Positions 12,285-27,700 of a stretch of 64,000 nt of DNA are shown piece after piece. The DNA is taken from positions 22,320,001-22,384,000 of the forward strand of contig OZ059896.1 of NCBI GenBank assembly GCA_964057225.1, given 5' to 3'. The position numbers were made by a program, and so were the translations under genes. Under the pieces are notes generated by a model. That model was not told the DNA's origin and ran no database searches. It saw only the letters and a list, made by a program, of their open reading frames with translations. The stretch is from Auanema rhodensis. Lineage: Eukaryota; Animalia; Nematoda. Position 1 is the stretch's first letter, and each line of letters begins with the position of its first letter.

Positions 12285-13688
12285 GTCAAAATGTTTTTGG
12301 AAGCAATGTTGAGTGTACATGGAAACTCAACATACACTAATGCATCATTTTTCAAACGATCATAACTAATTTTTGTATTAAGCGTTTCTCAATGTAGTAT
12401 AGTGCATTCGATGCGGATTTTTAAGCTGCGTCGATCTCTGTTATCAGATTTGCGCTAGCTTAAAAATGCACCGAGATATCAACTGATATAAGTTCACACT
12501 TATATCCTCGATTTTCACCCTGAAGGAATAATTTTTTCGTTGAATAACATTGTCCATCGTCTTTGCCTTGAAAAAAGGAATCTAAAAACATCTACTTTTT
12601 GCTAAATTATTTTGAAATTTTTCGAAAAAATTTTTGTCAAAATGTTTTTGGAAGCAATGTTGAGTGTACATGGAAACTCAACATACACTAATGCATCATT
12701 TTTCAAACGATCATAACTAATTTTTGTATTAAGCGTTTCTCAATGTAGTATAGTGCATTCGATGCGGATTTTTAAGCTGCGTCGATCTGTGTTATCAGAT
12801 TTGCGCTAGCTTAAAAATGCACCGAGATATCAACTGATATAAGTTCACACATATATCCTCGATTTTCACCCTGAAGAATTAATTTTTTCGTTGAATAACA
12901 TTGTCCATCGTCTTTGCCTTGAAAACTGGAATCTAAAAACATCTACTTTTTGCTAAATTATTTTGAAATTTTTCGAAAAAATTTTTGTCAAAATGTTTTT
13001 GGAAGCAATGTTGAGTGTACATGGAAACTCAACATACACTAATGCATCATTTTTCAAACGATCATAACTAATTTTTGTATTAAGCGTTTCTCAATGTAGT
13101 ATAGTGCATTCGATGCGGATTTTTAAGCTGCGTCGATCTGTGTTATCAGATTTGCGCTAGCTTAAAAATGCACCGAGATATCAACTGATATAAGTTCACA
13201 CTTATATCCTCGATTTTCACCCTGAAGAAATACTTTTTCCGTTGAATAACATTGTCCATCGTCTTTGCCTTGAATAAAGGAATCTAAAAACATCTACTTT
13301 TTGCTAAATTATTTTGAAATTTTTCGAAAAAATTTTTGTCAAAATGTTTTTGGAAGCAATGTTGAGTGTACATGGAAACTCAACATACACTAATGCATCA
13401 TTTTTCAAACGATCATAACTAATTTTTGTATTAAGCGTTTCTCAATGTCGTATAGTGCATTCGATGCGGATTTTTAAGCTGCGTCGATCTGTGTTATCAG
13501 ATTTGCGCTAGCTTAAAAATGCACCGAGATATCAACTGATATAAGTTCACACTTATATCCTCGATTTTCACCCTGAAGAAATACTTTTTCCGTTGAATAA
13601 CATTGTCCATCGTCTTTGCCTTGAATAAAGGAATCTAAAAACATCTACTTTTTGCTAAATTATTTTGAAATTTTTCGAAAAAATTTTT

Positions 13689-15794
13689 GTCAAAATGTTT
13701 TTGGAAGCAATGTTGAGTGTACATGGAAACTCAACATACACTAATGCATCATTTTTCAAACGATCATAACTAATTTTTGTATTAAGCGTTTCTCAATGTC
13801 GTATAGTGCATTCGATGCGGATTTTTAAGCTGCGTCGATCTGTGTTATCAGATTTGCGCTAGCTTAAAAATGCACCGAGATATCAACTGATATAAGTTCA
13901 CACTTATATCCTCGATTTTCACCCTGAAGGAATAATTTTTTCGTTGAATAACATTGTCCATCGTCTTTGCCTTGAAAAAAGGAATCTAAAAACATCTACT
14001 TTTTGCTAAATTATTTTGAAATTTTTCGAAAAAATTTTTGTCAAAATGTTTTTGGAAGCAATGTTGAGTGTACATGGAAACTCAACATACACTAATGCAT
14101 CATTTTTCAAACGATCATAACTAATTTTTGTATTAAGCGTTTCTCAATGTAGTATAGTGCATTCGATGCGGATTTTTAAGCTGCGTCGATCTGTGTTATC
14201 AGATTTGCGCTAGCTTGAAAATGCACCGAGATATCAACTGATATAAGTTCACACTTATATCCTCGATTTTCACCCTGAAGAAATACTTTTTCCGTTGAAT
14301 AACATTGTCCATCGTCTTTGCCTTGAAAAAAGGAATCTAAAAACATCTACTTTTTGCTAAATTATTTCGAAATTTTTCGAAAAAATTTTTGTCAAAATGT
14401 TTTTGGAAGCAATGTTGAGTGTACATGGAAACTCAACATACACTAATGCATCATTTTTCAAACGATCATAACTAATTTTTGTATTAAGCGTTTCTCAATG
14501 TAGTATAGTGCATTCGATGCGGATTTTTAAGCTGCGTCGATCTGTGTTATCAGATTTGCGCTAGCTTAAAAATGCACCGAGATATCAACTGATATAAGTT
14601 CACACATATATCCTCGATTTTCACCCTGAAGAATTAATTTTTTCGTTGAATAACATTGTCCATCGTCTTTGCCTTGAAAACTGGAATCTAAAAACATCTA
14701 CTTTTTGCTAAATTATTTTGAAATTTTTCGAAAAAATTTTTGTCAAAATGTTTTTGGAAGCAATGTTGAGTGTACATGGAAACTCAACATACACTAATGC
14801 ATCATTTTTCAAACGATCATAACTAATTTTTGTATTAAGCGTTTCTCAATGTCGTATAGTGCATTCGATGCGGATTTTTAAGCTGCGTCGATCTGTGTTA
14901 TCAGATTTGCGCTAGCTTAAAAATGCACCGAGATATCAACTGATATAAGTTCACACTTATATCCTCGATTTTCACCCTGAAGGAATAATTTTTTCGTTGA
15001 ATAACATTGTCCATCGTCTTTGCCTTGAAAAAAGGAATCTAAAAACATCTACTTTTTGCTAAATTATTTTGAAATTTTTCGAAAAAATTTTTGTCAAAAT
15101 GTTTTTGGAAGCAATGTTGAGTGTACATGGAAACTCAACATACACTAATGCATCATTTTTCAAACGATCATAACTAATTTTTGTATTAAGCGTTTCTCAA
15201 TGTAGTATAGTGCATTCGATGCGGATTTTTAAGCTGCGTCGATCTGTGTTATCAGATTTGCGCTAGCTTGAAAATGCACCGAGATATCAACTGATATAAG
15301 TTCACACTTATATCCTCGATTTTCACCCTGAAGAAATACTTTTTCCGTTGAATAACATTGTCCATCGTCTTTGCCTTGAAAAAAGGAATCTAAAAACATC
15401 TACTTTTTGCTAAATTATTTCGAAATTTTTCGAAAAAATTTTTGTCAAAATGTTTTTGGAAGCAATGTTGAGTGTACATGGAAACTCAACATACACTAAT
15501 GCATCATTTTTCAAACGATCATAACTAATTTTTGTATTAAGCGTTTCTCAATGTAGTATAGTGCATTCGATGCGGATTTTTAAGCTGCGTCGATCTGTGT
15601 TATCAGATTTGCGCTAGCTTAAAAATGCACCGAGATATCAACTGATATAAGTTCACACATATATCCTCGATTTTCACCCTGAAGAATTAATTTTTTCGTC
15701 GAATAACATTGTCCATCGTCTTTGCCTTGAAAACTGGAATCTAAAAACATCTACTTTTTGCTAAATTATTTTGAAATTTTTCGAAAAAATTTTT
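13689..15794. repeat. Local 3-monomer (1053-bp) duplication, B-A-C twice
   Basis: tgtCgt at 13800 and 14853; subtype order B, A(gcttGa), C is repeated. Confidence 0.8.
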
Positions 15795-18700
15795 GTCAAA
15801 ATGTTTTTGGAAGCAATGTTGAGTGTACATGGAAACTCAACATACACTAATGCATCATTTTTCAAACGATCATAACTAATTTTTGTATTAAGCGTTTCTC
15901 AATGTAGTATAGTGCATTCGATGCGGATTTTTAAGCTGCGTCGATCTGTGTTATCAGATTTGCGCTAGCTTAAAAATGCACCGAGATATCAACTGATATA
16001 AGTTCACACTTATATCCTCGATTTTCACCCTGAAGAAATACTTTTTCCGTTGAATAACATTGTCCATCGTCTTTGCCTTGAATAAAGGAATCTAAAAACA
16101 TCTACTTTTTGCTAAATTATTTTGAAATTTTTCGAAAAAATTTTTGTCAAAATGTTTTTGGAAGCAATGTTGAGTGTACATGGAAACTCAACATACACTA
16201 ATGCATCATTTTTCAAACGATCATAACTAATTTTTGTATTAAGCGTTTCTCAATGTAGTATAGTGCATTCGATGCGGATTTTTAAGCTGCGTCGATCTGT
16301 GTTATCAGATTTGCGCTAGCTTAAAAATGCACCGAGATATCAACTGATATAAGTTCACACTTATATCCTCGATTTTCACCCTGAAGGAATAATTTTTTCG
16401 TTGAATAACATTGTCCATCGTCTTTGCCTTGAAAAAAGGAATCTAAAAACATCTACTTTTTGCTAAATTATTTTGAAATTTTTCGAAAAAATTTTTGTCA
16501 AAATGTTTTTGGAAGCAATGTTGAGTGTACATGGAAACTCAACATACACTAATGCATCATTTTTCAAACGATCATAACTAATTTTTGTATTAAGCGTTTC
16601 TCAATGTAGTATAGTGCATTCGATGCGGATTTTTAAGCTGCGTCGATCTGTGTTATCAGATTTGCGCTAGCTTGAAAATGCACCGAGATATCAACTGATA
16701 TAAGTTCACACTTATATCCTCGATTTTCACCCTGAAGAAATACTTTTTCCGTTGAATAACATTGTCCATCGTCTTTACCTTGAAAAAAGGAATCTAAAAA
16801 CATCTACTTTTTGCTAAATTATTTCGAAATTTTTCGAAAAAATTTTTGTCAAAATGTTTTTGGAAGCAATGTTGAGTGTACATGGAAACTCAACATACAC
16901 TAATGCATCATTTTTCAAACGATCATAACTAATTTTTGTATTAAGCGTTTCTCAATGTAGTATAGTGCATTCGATGCGGATTTTTAAGCTGCGTCGATCT
17001 GTGTTATCAGATTTGCGCTAGCTTAAAAATGCACCGAGATATCAACTGATATAAGTTCACACTTATATCCTCGATTTTCACCCTGAAGAATTAATTTTTT
17101 CGTTGAATAACATTGTCCATCGTCTTTGCCTTGAATAAAGGAATCTAAAAACATCTACTTTTTGCTAAATTATTTTGAAATTTTTCGAAAAAATTTTTGT
17201 CAAAATGTTTTTGGAAGCAATGTTGAGTGTACATGGAAACTCAACATACACTAATGCATCATTTTTCAAACGATCATAACTAATTTTTGTATTAAGCGTT
17301 TCTCAATGTCGTATAGTGCATTCGATGCGGATTTTTAAGCTGCGTCGATCTGTGTTATCAGATTTGCGCTAGCTTAAAAATGCACCGAGATATCAACTGA
17401 TATAAGTTCACACTTATATCCTCGATTTTCACCCTGAAGGAATAATTTTTTCGTTGAATAACATTGTCCATCGTCTTTGCCTTGAAAAAAGGAATCTAAA
17501 AACATCTACTTTTTGCTAAATTATTTTGAAATTTTTCGAAAAAATTTTTGTCAAAATGTTTTTGGAAGCAATGTTGAGTGTACATGGAAACTCAACATAC
17601 ACTAATGCATCATTTTTCAAACGATCATAACTAATTTTTGTATTAAGCGTTTCTCAATGTAGTATAGTGCATTCGATGCGGATTTTTAAGCTGCGTCGAT
17701 TTGTGTTATCAGATTTGCGCTAGCTTAAAAATGCACCGAGATATCAACTGATATAAGTTCACACTTATATCCTCGATTTTCACCCTGAAGAAATACTTTT
17801 TCCGTTGAATAACATTGTCCATCGTCTTTGCCTTGAAAAAAGGAATCTAAAAACATCTACTTTTTGCTAAATTATTTCGAAATTTTTCGAAAAAATTTTT
17901 GTCAAAATGTTTTTGGAAGCAATGTTGAGTGTACATGGAAACTCAACATACACTAATGCATCATTTTTCAAACGATCATAACTAATTTTTGTATTAAGCG
18001 TTTCTCAATGTAGTATAGTGCATTCGATGCGGATTTTTAAGCTGCGTCGATCTGTGTTATCAGATTTGCGCTAGCTTAAAAATGCACCGAGATATCAACT
18101 GATATAAGTTCACACATATATCCTCGATTTTCACCCTGAAGAATTAATTTTTTCGTTGAATAACATTGTCCATCGTCTTTGCCTTGAAAACTGGAATCTA
18201 AAAACATCTACTTTTTGCTAAATTATTTTGAAATTTTTCGAAAAAATTTTTGTCAAAATGTTTTTGGAAGCAATGTTGAGTGTACATGGAAACTCAACAT
18301 ACACTAATGCATCATTTTTCAAACGATCATAACTAATTTTTGTATTAAGCGTTTCTCAATGTAGTATAGTGCATTCGATGCGGATTTTTAAGCTGCGTCG
18401 ATCTGTGTTATCAGATTTGCGCTAGCTTAAAAATGCACCGAGATATCAACTGATATAAGTTCACACTTATATCCTCGATTTTCACCCTGAAGAAATACTT
18501 TTTCCGTTGAATAACATTGTCCATCGTCTTTGCCTTGAATAAAGGAATCTAAAAACATCTACTTTTTGCTAAATTATTTTGAAATTTTTCGAAAAAATTT
18601 TTGTCAAAATGTTTTTGGAAGCAATGTTGAGTGTACATGGAAACTCAACATACACTAATGCATCATTTTTCAAACGATCATAACTATTTTTTGTATTAAG

Positions 18701-21700
18701 CGTTTCTCAATGTCGTATAGTGCATTCGATGCGGATTTTTAAGCTGCGTCGATCTGTGTTATCAGATTTGCGCTAGCTTAAAAATGCACCGAGATATCAA
18801 CTGATATAAGTTCACACTTATATCCTCGATTTTCACCCTGAAGGAATAATTTTTTCGTTGAATAACATTGTCCATCGTCTTTGCCTTGAAAAAAGGAATC
18901 TAAAAACATCTACTTTTTGCTAAATTATTTTGAAATTTTTCGAAAAAATTTTTGTCAAAATGTTTTTGGAAGCAATGTTGAGTGTACATGGAAACTCAAC
19001 ATACACTAATGCATCATTTTTCAAACGATCATAACTAATTTTTGTATTAAGCGTTTCTCAATGTAGTATAGTGCATTCGATGCGGATTTTTAAGCTGCGT
19101 CGATCTGTGTTATCAGATTTGCGCTAGCTTGAAAATGCACCGAGATATCAACTGATATAAGTTCACACTTATATCCTCGATTTTCACCCTGAAGAAATAC
19201 TTTTTCCGTTGAATAACATTGTCCATCGTCTTTGCCTTGAAAACTGGAATCTAAAAACATCTACTTTTTGCTAAATTATTTTGAAATTTTTCGAAAAAAT
19301 TTTTGTCAAAATGTTTTTGGAAGCAATGTTGAGTGTACATGGAAACTCAACATACACTAATGCATCATTTTTCAAACGATCATAACTAATTTTTGTATTA
19401 AGCGTTTCTCAATGTAGTATAGTGCATTCGATGCGGATTTTTAAGCTGCGTCGATCTGTGTTATCAGATTTGCGCTAGCTTAAAAATGCACCGAGATATC
19501 AACTGATATAAGTTCACACTTATATCCTCGATTTTCACCCTGAAGAAATACTTTTTCCGTTGAATAACATTGTCCATCGTCTTTGCCTTGAATAAAGGAA
19601 TCTAAAAACATCCACTTTTTGCTAAATTATTTTGAAATTTTTCGAAAAAATTTTTGTCAAAATGTTTTTGGAAGCAATGTTGAGTGTACATGGAAACTCA
19701 ACATACACTAATGCATCATTTTTCAAACGATCATAACTAATTTTTGTATTAAGCGTTTCTCAATGTCGTATAGTGCATTCGATGCGGATTTTTAAGCGGC
19801 GTCGATCTGTGTTATCAGATTTGCGCTAGCTTAAAAATGCACCGAGATATCAACTGATATAAGTTCACACTTATATCCTCGATTTTCACCCTGAAGGAAT
19901 AATTTTTTCGTTGAATAACATTGTCCATCGTCTTTGCCTTGAAAAAAGGAATCTAAAAACATCTACTTTTTGCTAAATTATTTTGAAATTTTTCGAAAAA
20001 ATTTTTGTCAAAATGTTTTTGGAAGCAATGTTGAGTGTACATGGAAACTCAACATACACTAATGCATCATTTTTCAAACGATCATAACTAATTTTTGTAT
20101 TAAGCGTTTCTCAATGTAGTATAGTGCATTCGATGCGGATTTTTAAGCTGCGTCGATCTGTGTTATCAGATTTGCGCTAGCTTGAAAATGCACCGAGATA
20201 TCAACTGATATAAGTTCACACTTATATCCTCGATTTTCACCCTGAAGAAATACTTTTTCCGTTGAATAACATTGTCCATCGTCTTTACCTTGAAAAAAGG
20301 AATCTAAAAACATCTACTTTTTGCTAAATTATTTCGAAATTTTTCGAAAAAATTTTTGTCAAAATGTTTTTGGAAGCAATGTTGAGTGTACATGGAAACT
20401 CAACATACACTAATGCATCATTTTTCAAACGATCATAACTAATTTTTGTATTAAGCGTTTCTCAATGTAGTATAGTGCATTCGATGCGGATTTTTAAGCT
20501 GCGTCGATCTGTGTTATCAGATTTGCGCTAGCTTAAAAATGCACCGAGATATCAACTGATATAAGTTCACACTTATATCCTCGATTTTCACCCTGAAGAA
20601 TTAATTTTTTCGTTGAATAACATTGTCCATCGTCTTTGCCTTGAATAAAGGAATCTAAAAACATCTACTTTTTGCTAAATTATTTTGAAATTTTTCGAAA
20701 AAATTTTTGTCAAAATGTTTTTGGAAGCAATGTTGAGTGTACATGGAAACTCAACATACACTAATGCATCATTTTTCAAACGATCATAACTAATTTTTGT
20801 ATTAAGCGTTTCTCAATGTAGTATAGTGCATTCGATGCGGATTTTTAAGCTGCGTCGATTTGTGTTATCAGATTTGCGCTAGCTTAAAAATGCACCGAGA
20901 TATCAACTGATATAAGTTCACACTTATATCCTCGATTTTCACCCTGAAGAATTAATTTTTTCGTTGAATAACATTGTCCATCGTCTTTGCCTTGAATAAA
21001 GGAATCTAAAAACATCTACTTTTTGCTAAATTATTTTGAAATTTTTCGAAAAAATTTTTGTCAAAATGTTTTTGGAAGCAATGTTGAGTGTACATGGAAA
21101 CTCAACATACACTAATGCATCATTTTTCAAACGATCATAACTAATTTTTGTATTAAGCGTTTCTCAATGTAGTATAGTGCATTCGATGCGGATTTTTAAG
21201 CTGCGTCGATTTGTGTTATCAGATTTGCGCTAGCTTAAAAATGCACCGAGATATCAACTGATATAAGTTCACACTTATATCCTCGATTTTCACCCTGAAG
21301 AAATACTTTTTCCGTTGAATAACATTGTCCATCGTCTTTGCCTTGAAAAAAGGAATCTAAAAACATCTACTTTTTGCTAAATTATTTCGAAATTTTTCGA
21401 AAAAATTTTTGTCAAAATGTTTTTGGAAGCAATGTTGAGTGTACATGGAAACTCAACATACACTAATGCATCATTTTTCAAACGATCATAACTAATTTTT
21501 GTATTAAGCGTTTCTCAATGTAGTATAGTGCATTCGATGCGGATTTTTAAGCTGCGTCGATCTGTGTTATCAGATTTGCGCTAGCTTAAAAATGCACCGA
21601 GATATCAACTGATATAAGTTCACACTTATATCCTCGATTTTCACCCTGAAGAATTAATTTTTTCGTTGAATAACATTGTCCATCGTCTTTGCCTTGAATA

Positions 21701-24700
21701 AAGGAATCTAAAAACATCTACTTTTTGCTAAATTATTTTGAAATTTTTCGAAAAAATTTTTGTCAAAATGTTTTTGGAAGCAATGTTGAGTGTACATGGA
21801 AACTCAACATACACTAATGCATCATTTTTCAAACGATCATAACTAATTTTTGTATTAAGCGTTTCTCAATGTCGTATAGTGCATTCGATGCGGATTTTTA
21901 AGCTGCGTCGATCTGTGTTATCAGATTTGCGCTAGCTTAAAAATGCACCGAGATATCAACTGATATAAGTTCACACTTATATCCTCGATTTTCACCCTGA
22001 AGGAATAATTTTTTCGTTGAATAACATTGTCCATCGTCTTTGCCTTGAAAAAAGGAATCTAAAAACATCTACTTTTTGCTAAATTATTTTGAAATTTTTC
22101 GAAAAAATTTTTGTCAAAATGTTTTTGGAAGCAATGTTGAGTGTACATGGAAACTCAACATACACTAATGCATCATTTTTCAAACGATCATAACTAATTT
22201 TTGTATTAAGCGTTTCTCAATGTAGTATAGTGCATTCGATGCAGATTTTTAAGCTGCGTCGATTTGTGTTATCAGATTTGCGCTAGCTTAAAAATGCACC
22301 GAGATATCAACTGATATAAGTTCACACATATATCCTCGATTTTCACCCTGAAGAATTAATTTTTTCGTTGAATAACATTGTCCATCGTCTCTGCCTTGAA
22401 AACTGGAATCTAAAAACATCTACTTTTTGCTAAATTATTTTGAAATTTTTCGAAAAAATTTTTGTCAAAATGTTTTTGGAAGCAATGTTGAGTGTACATG
22501 GAAACTCAACATACACTAATGCATCATTTTTCAAACGATCATAACTAATTTTTGTATTAAGCGTTTCTCAATGTAGTATAGTGCATTCGATGCGGATTTT
22601 TAAGCTGCGTCGATCTGTGTTATCAGATTTGCGCTAGCTTAAAAATGCACCGAGATATCAACTGATATAAGTTCACACTTATATCCTCGATTTTCACCCT
22701 GAAGAAATACTTTTTCCGTTGAATAACATTGTCCATCGTCTTTGCCTTGAAAAAAGGAATCTAAAAACATCTACTTTTTGCTAAATTATTTCGAAATTTT
22801 TCGAAAAAATTTTTGTCAAAATGTTTTTGGAAGCAATGTTGAGTGTACATGGAAACTCAACATACACTAATGCATCATTTTTCAAACGATCATAACTAAT
22901 TTTTGTATTAAGCGTTTCTCAATGTAGTATAGTGCATTCGATGCGGATTTTTAAGCTGCGTCGATCTCTGTTATCAGATTTGCGCTAGCTTAAAAATGCA
23001 CCGAGATATCAACTGATATAAGTTCACACTTATATCCTCGATTTTCACCCTGAAGAATTAATTTTTTCGTTGAATAACACTGTCCATCGTCTTTGCCTTG
23101 AAAAATGGAATCTAAAAACATCTACTTTTTGCTAAATTATTTTGAAATTTTTCGAAAAAATTTTTGTCAAAATGTTTTTGGAAGCAATGTTGAGTGTACA
23201 TGGAAACTCAACATACACTAATGCATCATTTTTCAAACGATCATAACTAATTTTTGTATTAAGCGTTTTTCAATGTAGTATAGTGCATTCGATGCGGATT
23301 TTTAAGCTGCGTCGATCTGTGTTATCAGATTTGCGCTAGCTTAAAAATGCACCGAGATATCAACTGATATAAGTTCACACTTATATCCTCGATTTTCACC
23401 CTGAAGAATTAATTTTTTCGTTGAATAACATTGTCCATCGTCTTTGCCTTGAAAAATGGAATCTAAAAACATCTACTTTTTGCTAAATTATTTTGAAATT
23501 TTTCGAAAAAATTTTTGTCAAAATGTTTTTGGAAGCAATGTTGAGTGTACATGGAAACTCAACATACACTAATGCATCATTTTTCAAACGATCATAACTA
23601 ATTTTTGTATCAAGCGTTTCTCAATGTAGTATAGTGCATTCGATGCGGATTTTTAAGCTGCGTCGATCTCTGTTATCAGATTTGCGCTAGCTTAAAAATG
23701 CACCGAGATATCAACTGATATAAGTTCACACTTATATCCTCGATTTTCACCCTGAAGGAATAATTTTTTCGTTGAATAACATTGTCCATCGTCTTTGCCT
23801 TGAAAAAAGGAATCTAAAAACATCTACTTTTTGCTAAATTATTTTGAAATTTTTCGAAAAAATTTTTGTCAAAATGTTTTTGGAAGCAATGTTGAGTGTA
23901 CATGGAAACTCAACATACACTAATGCATCATTTTTCAAACGATCATAACTAATTTTTGTATTGAGCGTTTTTCAATGTAGTATAGTGCATTCGATGCGGA
24001 TTTTTAAGCTGCGTCGATCTCTGTTATCAGATTTGCGCTAGCTTAAAAATGCACCGAGATATCAACTGATATAAGTTCACACTTATATCCTCGATTTTCA
24101 CCCTGAAGGAATAATTTTTTCGTTGAATAACATTGTCCATCGTCTTTGCCTTGAAAAAAGGAATCTAAAAACATCTACTTTTTGCTAAATTATTTTGAAA
24201 TTTTTCGAAAAAATTTTTGTCAAAATGTTTTTGGAAGCAATGTTGAGTGTACATGGAAACTCAACATACACTAATGCATCATTTTTCAAACGATCATAAC
24301 TAATTTTTGTATTAAGCGTTTCTCAATGTAGTATAGTGCATTCGATGCGGATTTTTAAGCTGCGTCGATCTCTGTTATCAGATTTGCGCTAGCTTAAAAA
24401 TGCACCGAGATATCAACTGATATAAGTTCACACTTATATCCTCGATTTTCACCCTGAAGGAATAATTTTTTCGTTGAATAACATTGTCCATCGTCTTTGC
24501 CTTGAAAAAAGGAATCTAAAAACATCTACTTTTTGCTAAATTATTTTGAAATTTTTCGAAAAAATTTTTGTCAAAATGTTTTTGGAAGCAATGTTGAGTG
24601 TACATGGAAACTCAACATACACTAATGCATCATTTTTCAAACGATCATAACTAATTTTTGTATTAAGCGTTTCTCAATGTAGTATAGTGCATTCGATGCG

Positions 24701-27700
24701 GATTTTTAAGCTGCGTCGATTTGTGTTATCAGATTTGCGCTAGCTTAAAAATGCACCGAGATATCAACTGATATAAGTTCACACATATATCCTCGATTTT
24801 CACCCTGAAGAATTAATTTTTTCGTTGAATAACATTGTCCATCGTCTTTGCCTTGAAAACTGGAATCTAAAAACATCTACTTTTTGCTAAATTATTTTGA
24901 AATTTTTCGAAAAAATTTTTGTCAAAATGTTTTTGGAAGCAATGTTGAGTGTACATGGAAACTCAACATACACTAATGCATCATTTTTCAAACGATCATA
25001 ACTAATTTTTGTATTAAGCGTTTCTCAATGTAGTATAGTGCATTCGATGCGGATTTTTAAGCTGCGTCGATCTGTGTTATCAGATTTGCGCTAGCTTAAA
25101 AATGCACCGAGATATCAACTGATATAAGTTCACACTTATATCCTCGATTTTCACCCTGAAGAAATACTTTTTCCGTTGAATAACATTGTCCATCGTCTTT
25201 GCCTTGAAAAAAGGAATCTAAAAACATCTACTTTTTGCTAAATTATTTCGAAATTTTTCGAAAAAATTTTTGTCAAAATGTTTTTGGAAGCAATGTTGAG
25301 TGTACATGGAAACTCAACATACACTAATGCATCATTTTTCAAACGATCATAACTAATTTTTGTATTAAGCGTTTCTCAATGTAGTATAGTGCATTCGATG
25401 CGGATTTTTAAGCTGCGTCGATCTCTGTTATCAGATTTGCGCTAGCTTAAAAATGCACCGAGATATCAACTGATATAAGTTCACACTTATATCCTCGATT
25501 TTCACCCTGAAGGAATAATTTTTTCGTTGAATAACATTATCCATCGTCTTTGCCTTGAAAAAAGGAATCTAAAAACATCTACTTTTTGCTAAATTATCTT
25601 GAAATTTTTCGAAAAAATTTTTGTCAAAATGTTTTTGGAAGCAATGTTGAGTGTACATGGAAACTCAACATACACTAATGCATCATTTTTCAAACGATCA
25701 TAACTAATTTTTGTATTAAGCGTTTCTCAATGTAGTATAGTGCATTCGATGCGGATTTTTAAGCTGCGTCGATTTGTGTTATCAGATTTGCGCTAGCTTA
25801 AAAATGCACCGAGATATCAACTGATATAAGTTCACACATATATCCTCGATTTTCACCCTGAAGAATTAATTTTTTCGTTGAATAACATTGTCCATCGTCT
25901 TTGCCTTGAAAACTGGAATCTAAAAACATCTACTTTTTGCTAAATTATTTTGAAATTTTTCGAAAAAATTTTTGTCAAAATGTTTTTGGAAGCAATGTTG
26001 AGTGTACATGGAAACTCAACATACACTAATGCATCATTTTTCAAACGATCATAACTAATTTTTGTATTAAGCGTTTCTCAATGTAGTATAGTGCATTCGA
26101 TGCGGATTTTCAAGCTGCGTCGATCTGTGTTATCAGATTTGCGCTAGCTTAAAAATGCACCGAGATATCAACTGATATAAGTTCACACTTATATCCTCGA
26201 TTTTCACCCTGAAGAAATACTTTTTCCGTTGAATAACATTGTCCATCGTCTTTGCCTTGAAAAAAGGAATCTAAAAACATCTACTTTTTGCTAAATTATT
26301 TCGAAATTTTTCGAAAAAATTTTTGTCAAAATGTTTTTGGAAGCAATGTTGAGTGTACATGGAAACTCAACATACACTAATGCATCATTTTTCAAACGAT
26401 CATAACTAATTTTTGTATTAAGCGTTTCTCAATGTAGTATAGTGCATTCGATGCGGATTTTTAAGCTGCGTCGATCTCTGTTATCAGATTTGCGCTAGCT
26501 TAAAAATGCACCGAGATATCAACTGATATAAGTTCACACTTATATCCTCGATTTTCACCCTGAAGAATTAATTTTTTCGTTGAATAACATTGTCCATCGT
26601 CTTTGCCTTGAAAAATGGAATCTAAAAACATCTACTTTTTGCTAAATTATTTTGAAATTTTTCGAAAAAATTTTTGTCAAAATGTTTTTGGAAGCAATGT
26701 TGAGTGTACATGGAAACTCAACATACACTAATGCATCATTTTTCAAACGATCATAACTAATTTTTGTATTAAGCGTTTCTCAATGTAGTATAGTGCATTC
26801 GATGCGGATTTTTAAGCTGCGTCGATCTCTGTTATCAGATTTGCGCTAGCTTAAAAATGCACCGAGATATCAACTGATATAAGTTCACACATATATCCTC
26901 GATTTTCACCCTGAAGAATTAATTTTTTCGTTGAATAACATTGTCCATCGTCTTTGCCTTGAAAACTGGAATCTAAAAACATCTACTTTTTGCTAAATTA
27001 TTTTGAAATTTTTCGAAAAAATTTTTGTCAAAATGTTTTTGGAAGCAATGTTGAGTGTACATGGAAACTCAACATACACTAATGCATCATTTTTCAAACG
27101 ATCATAACTAATTTTTGTATTAAGCGTTTCTCAATGTAGTACAGTGCATTCGATGCGGATTTTTAAGCTGCGTCGATCTGTGTTATCAGATTTGCGCTAG
27201 CTTAAAAATGCACCGAGATATCAACTGATATAAGTTCACACTTATATCCTCGATTTTCACCCTGAAGAAATACTTTTTCCGTTGAATAACATTGTCCATC
27301 GTCTTTGCCTTGAAAAAAGGAATCTAAAAACATCTACTTTTTGCTAAATTATTTCGAAATTTTTCGAAAAAATTTTTGTCAAAATGTTTTTGGAAGCAAT
27401 GTTGAGTGTACATGGAAACTCAACATACACTAATGCATCATTTTTCAAACGATCATAACTAATTTTTGTATTAAGCGTTTCTCAATGTAGTATAGTGCAT
27501 TCGATGCGGATTTTTAAGCTGCGTCGATCTGTGTTATCAGATTTGCGCTAGCTTAAAAATGCACCGAGATATCAACTGATATAAGTTCACACTTATATCC
27601 TCGATTTTCACCCTGAAGAATTAATTTTTTCGTTGAATAACATTGTCCATCGTCTTTGCCTTGAAAAATGGAATCTAAAAACATCTACTTTTTGCTAAAT

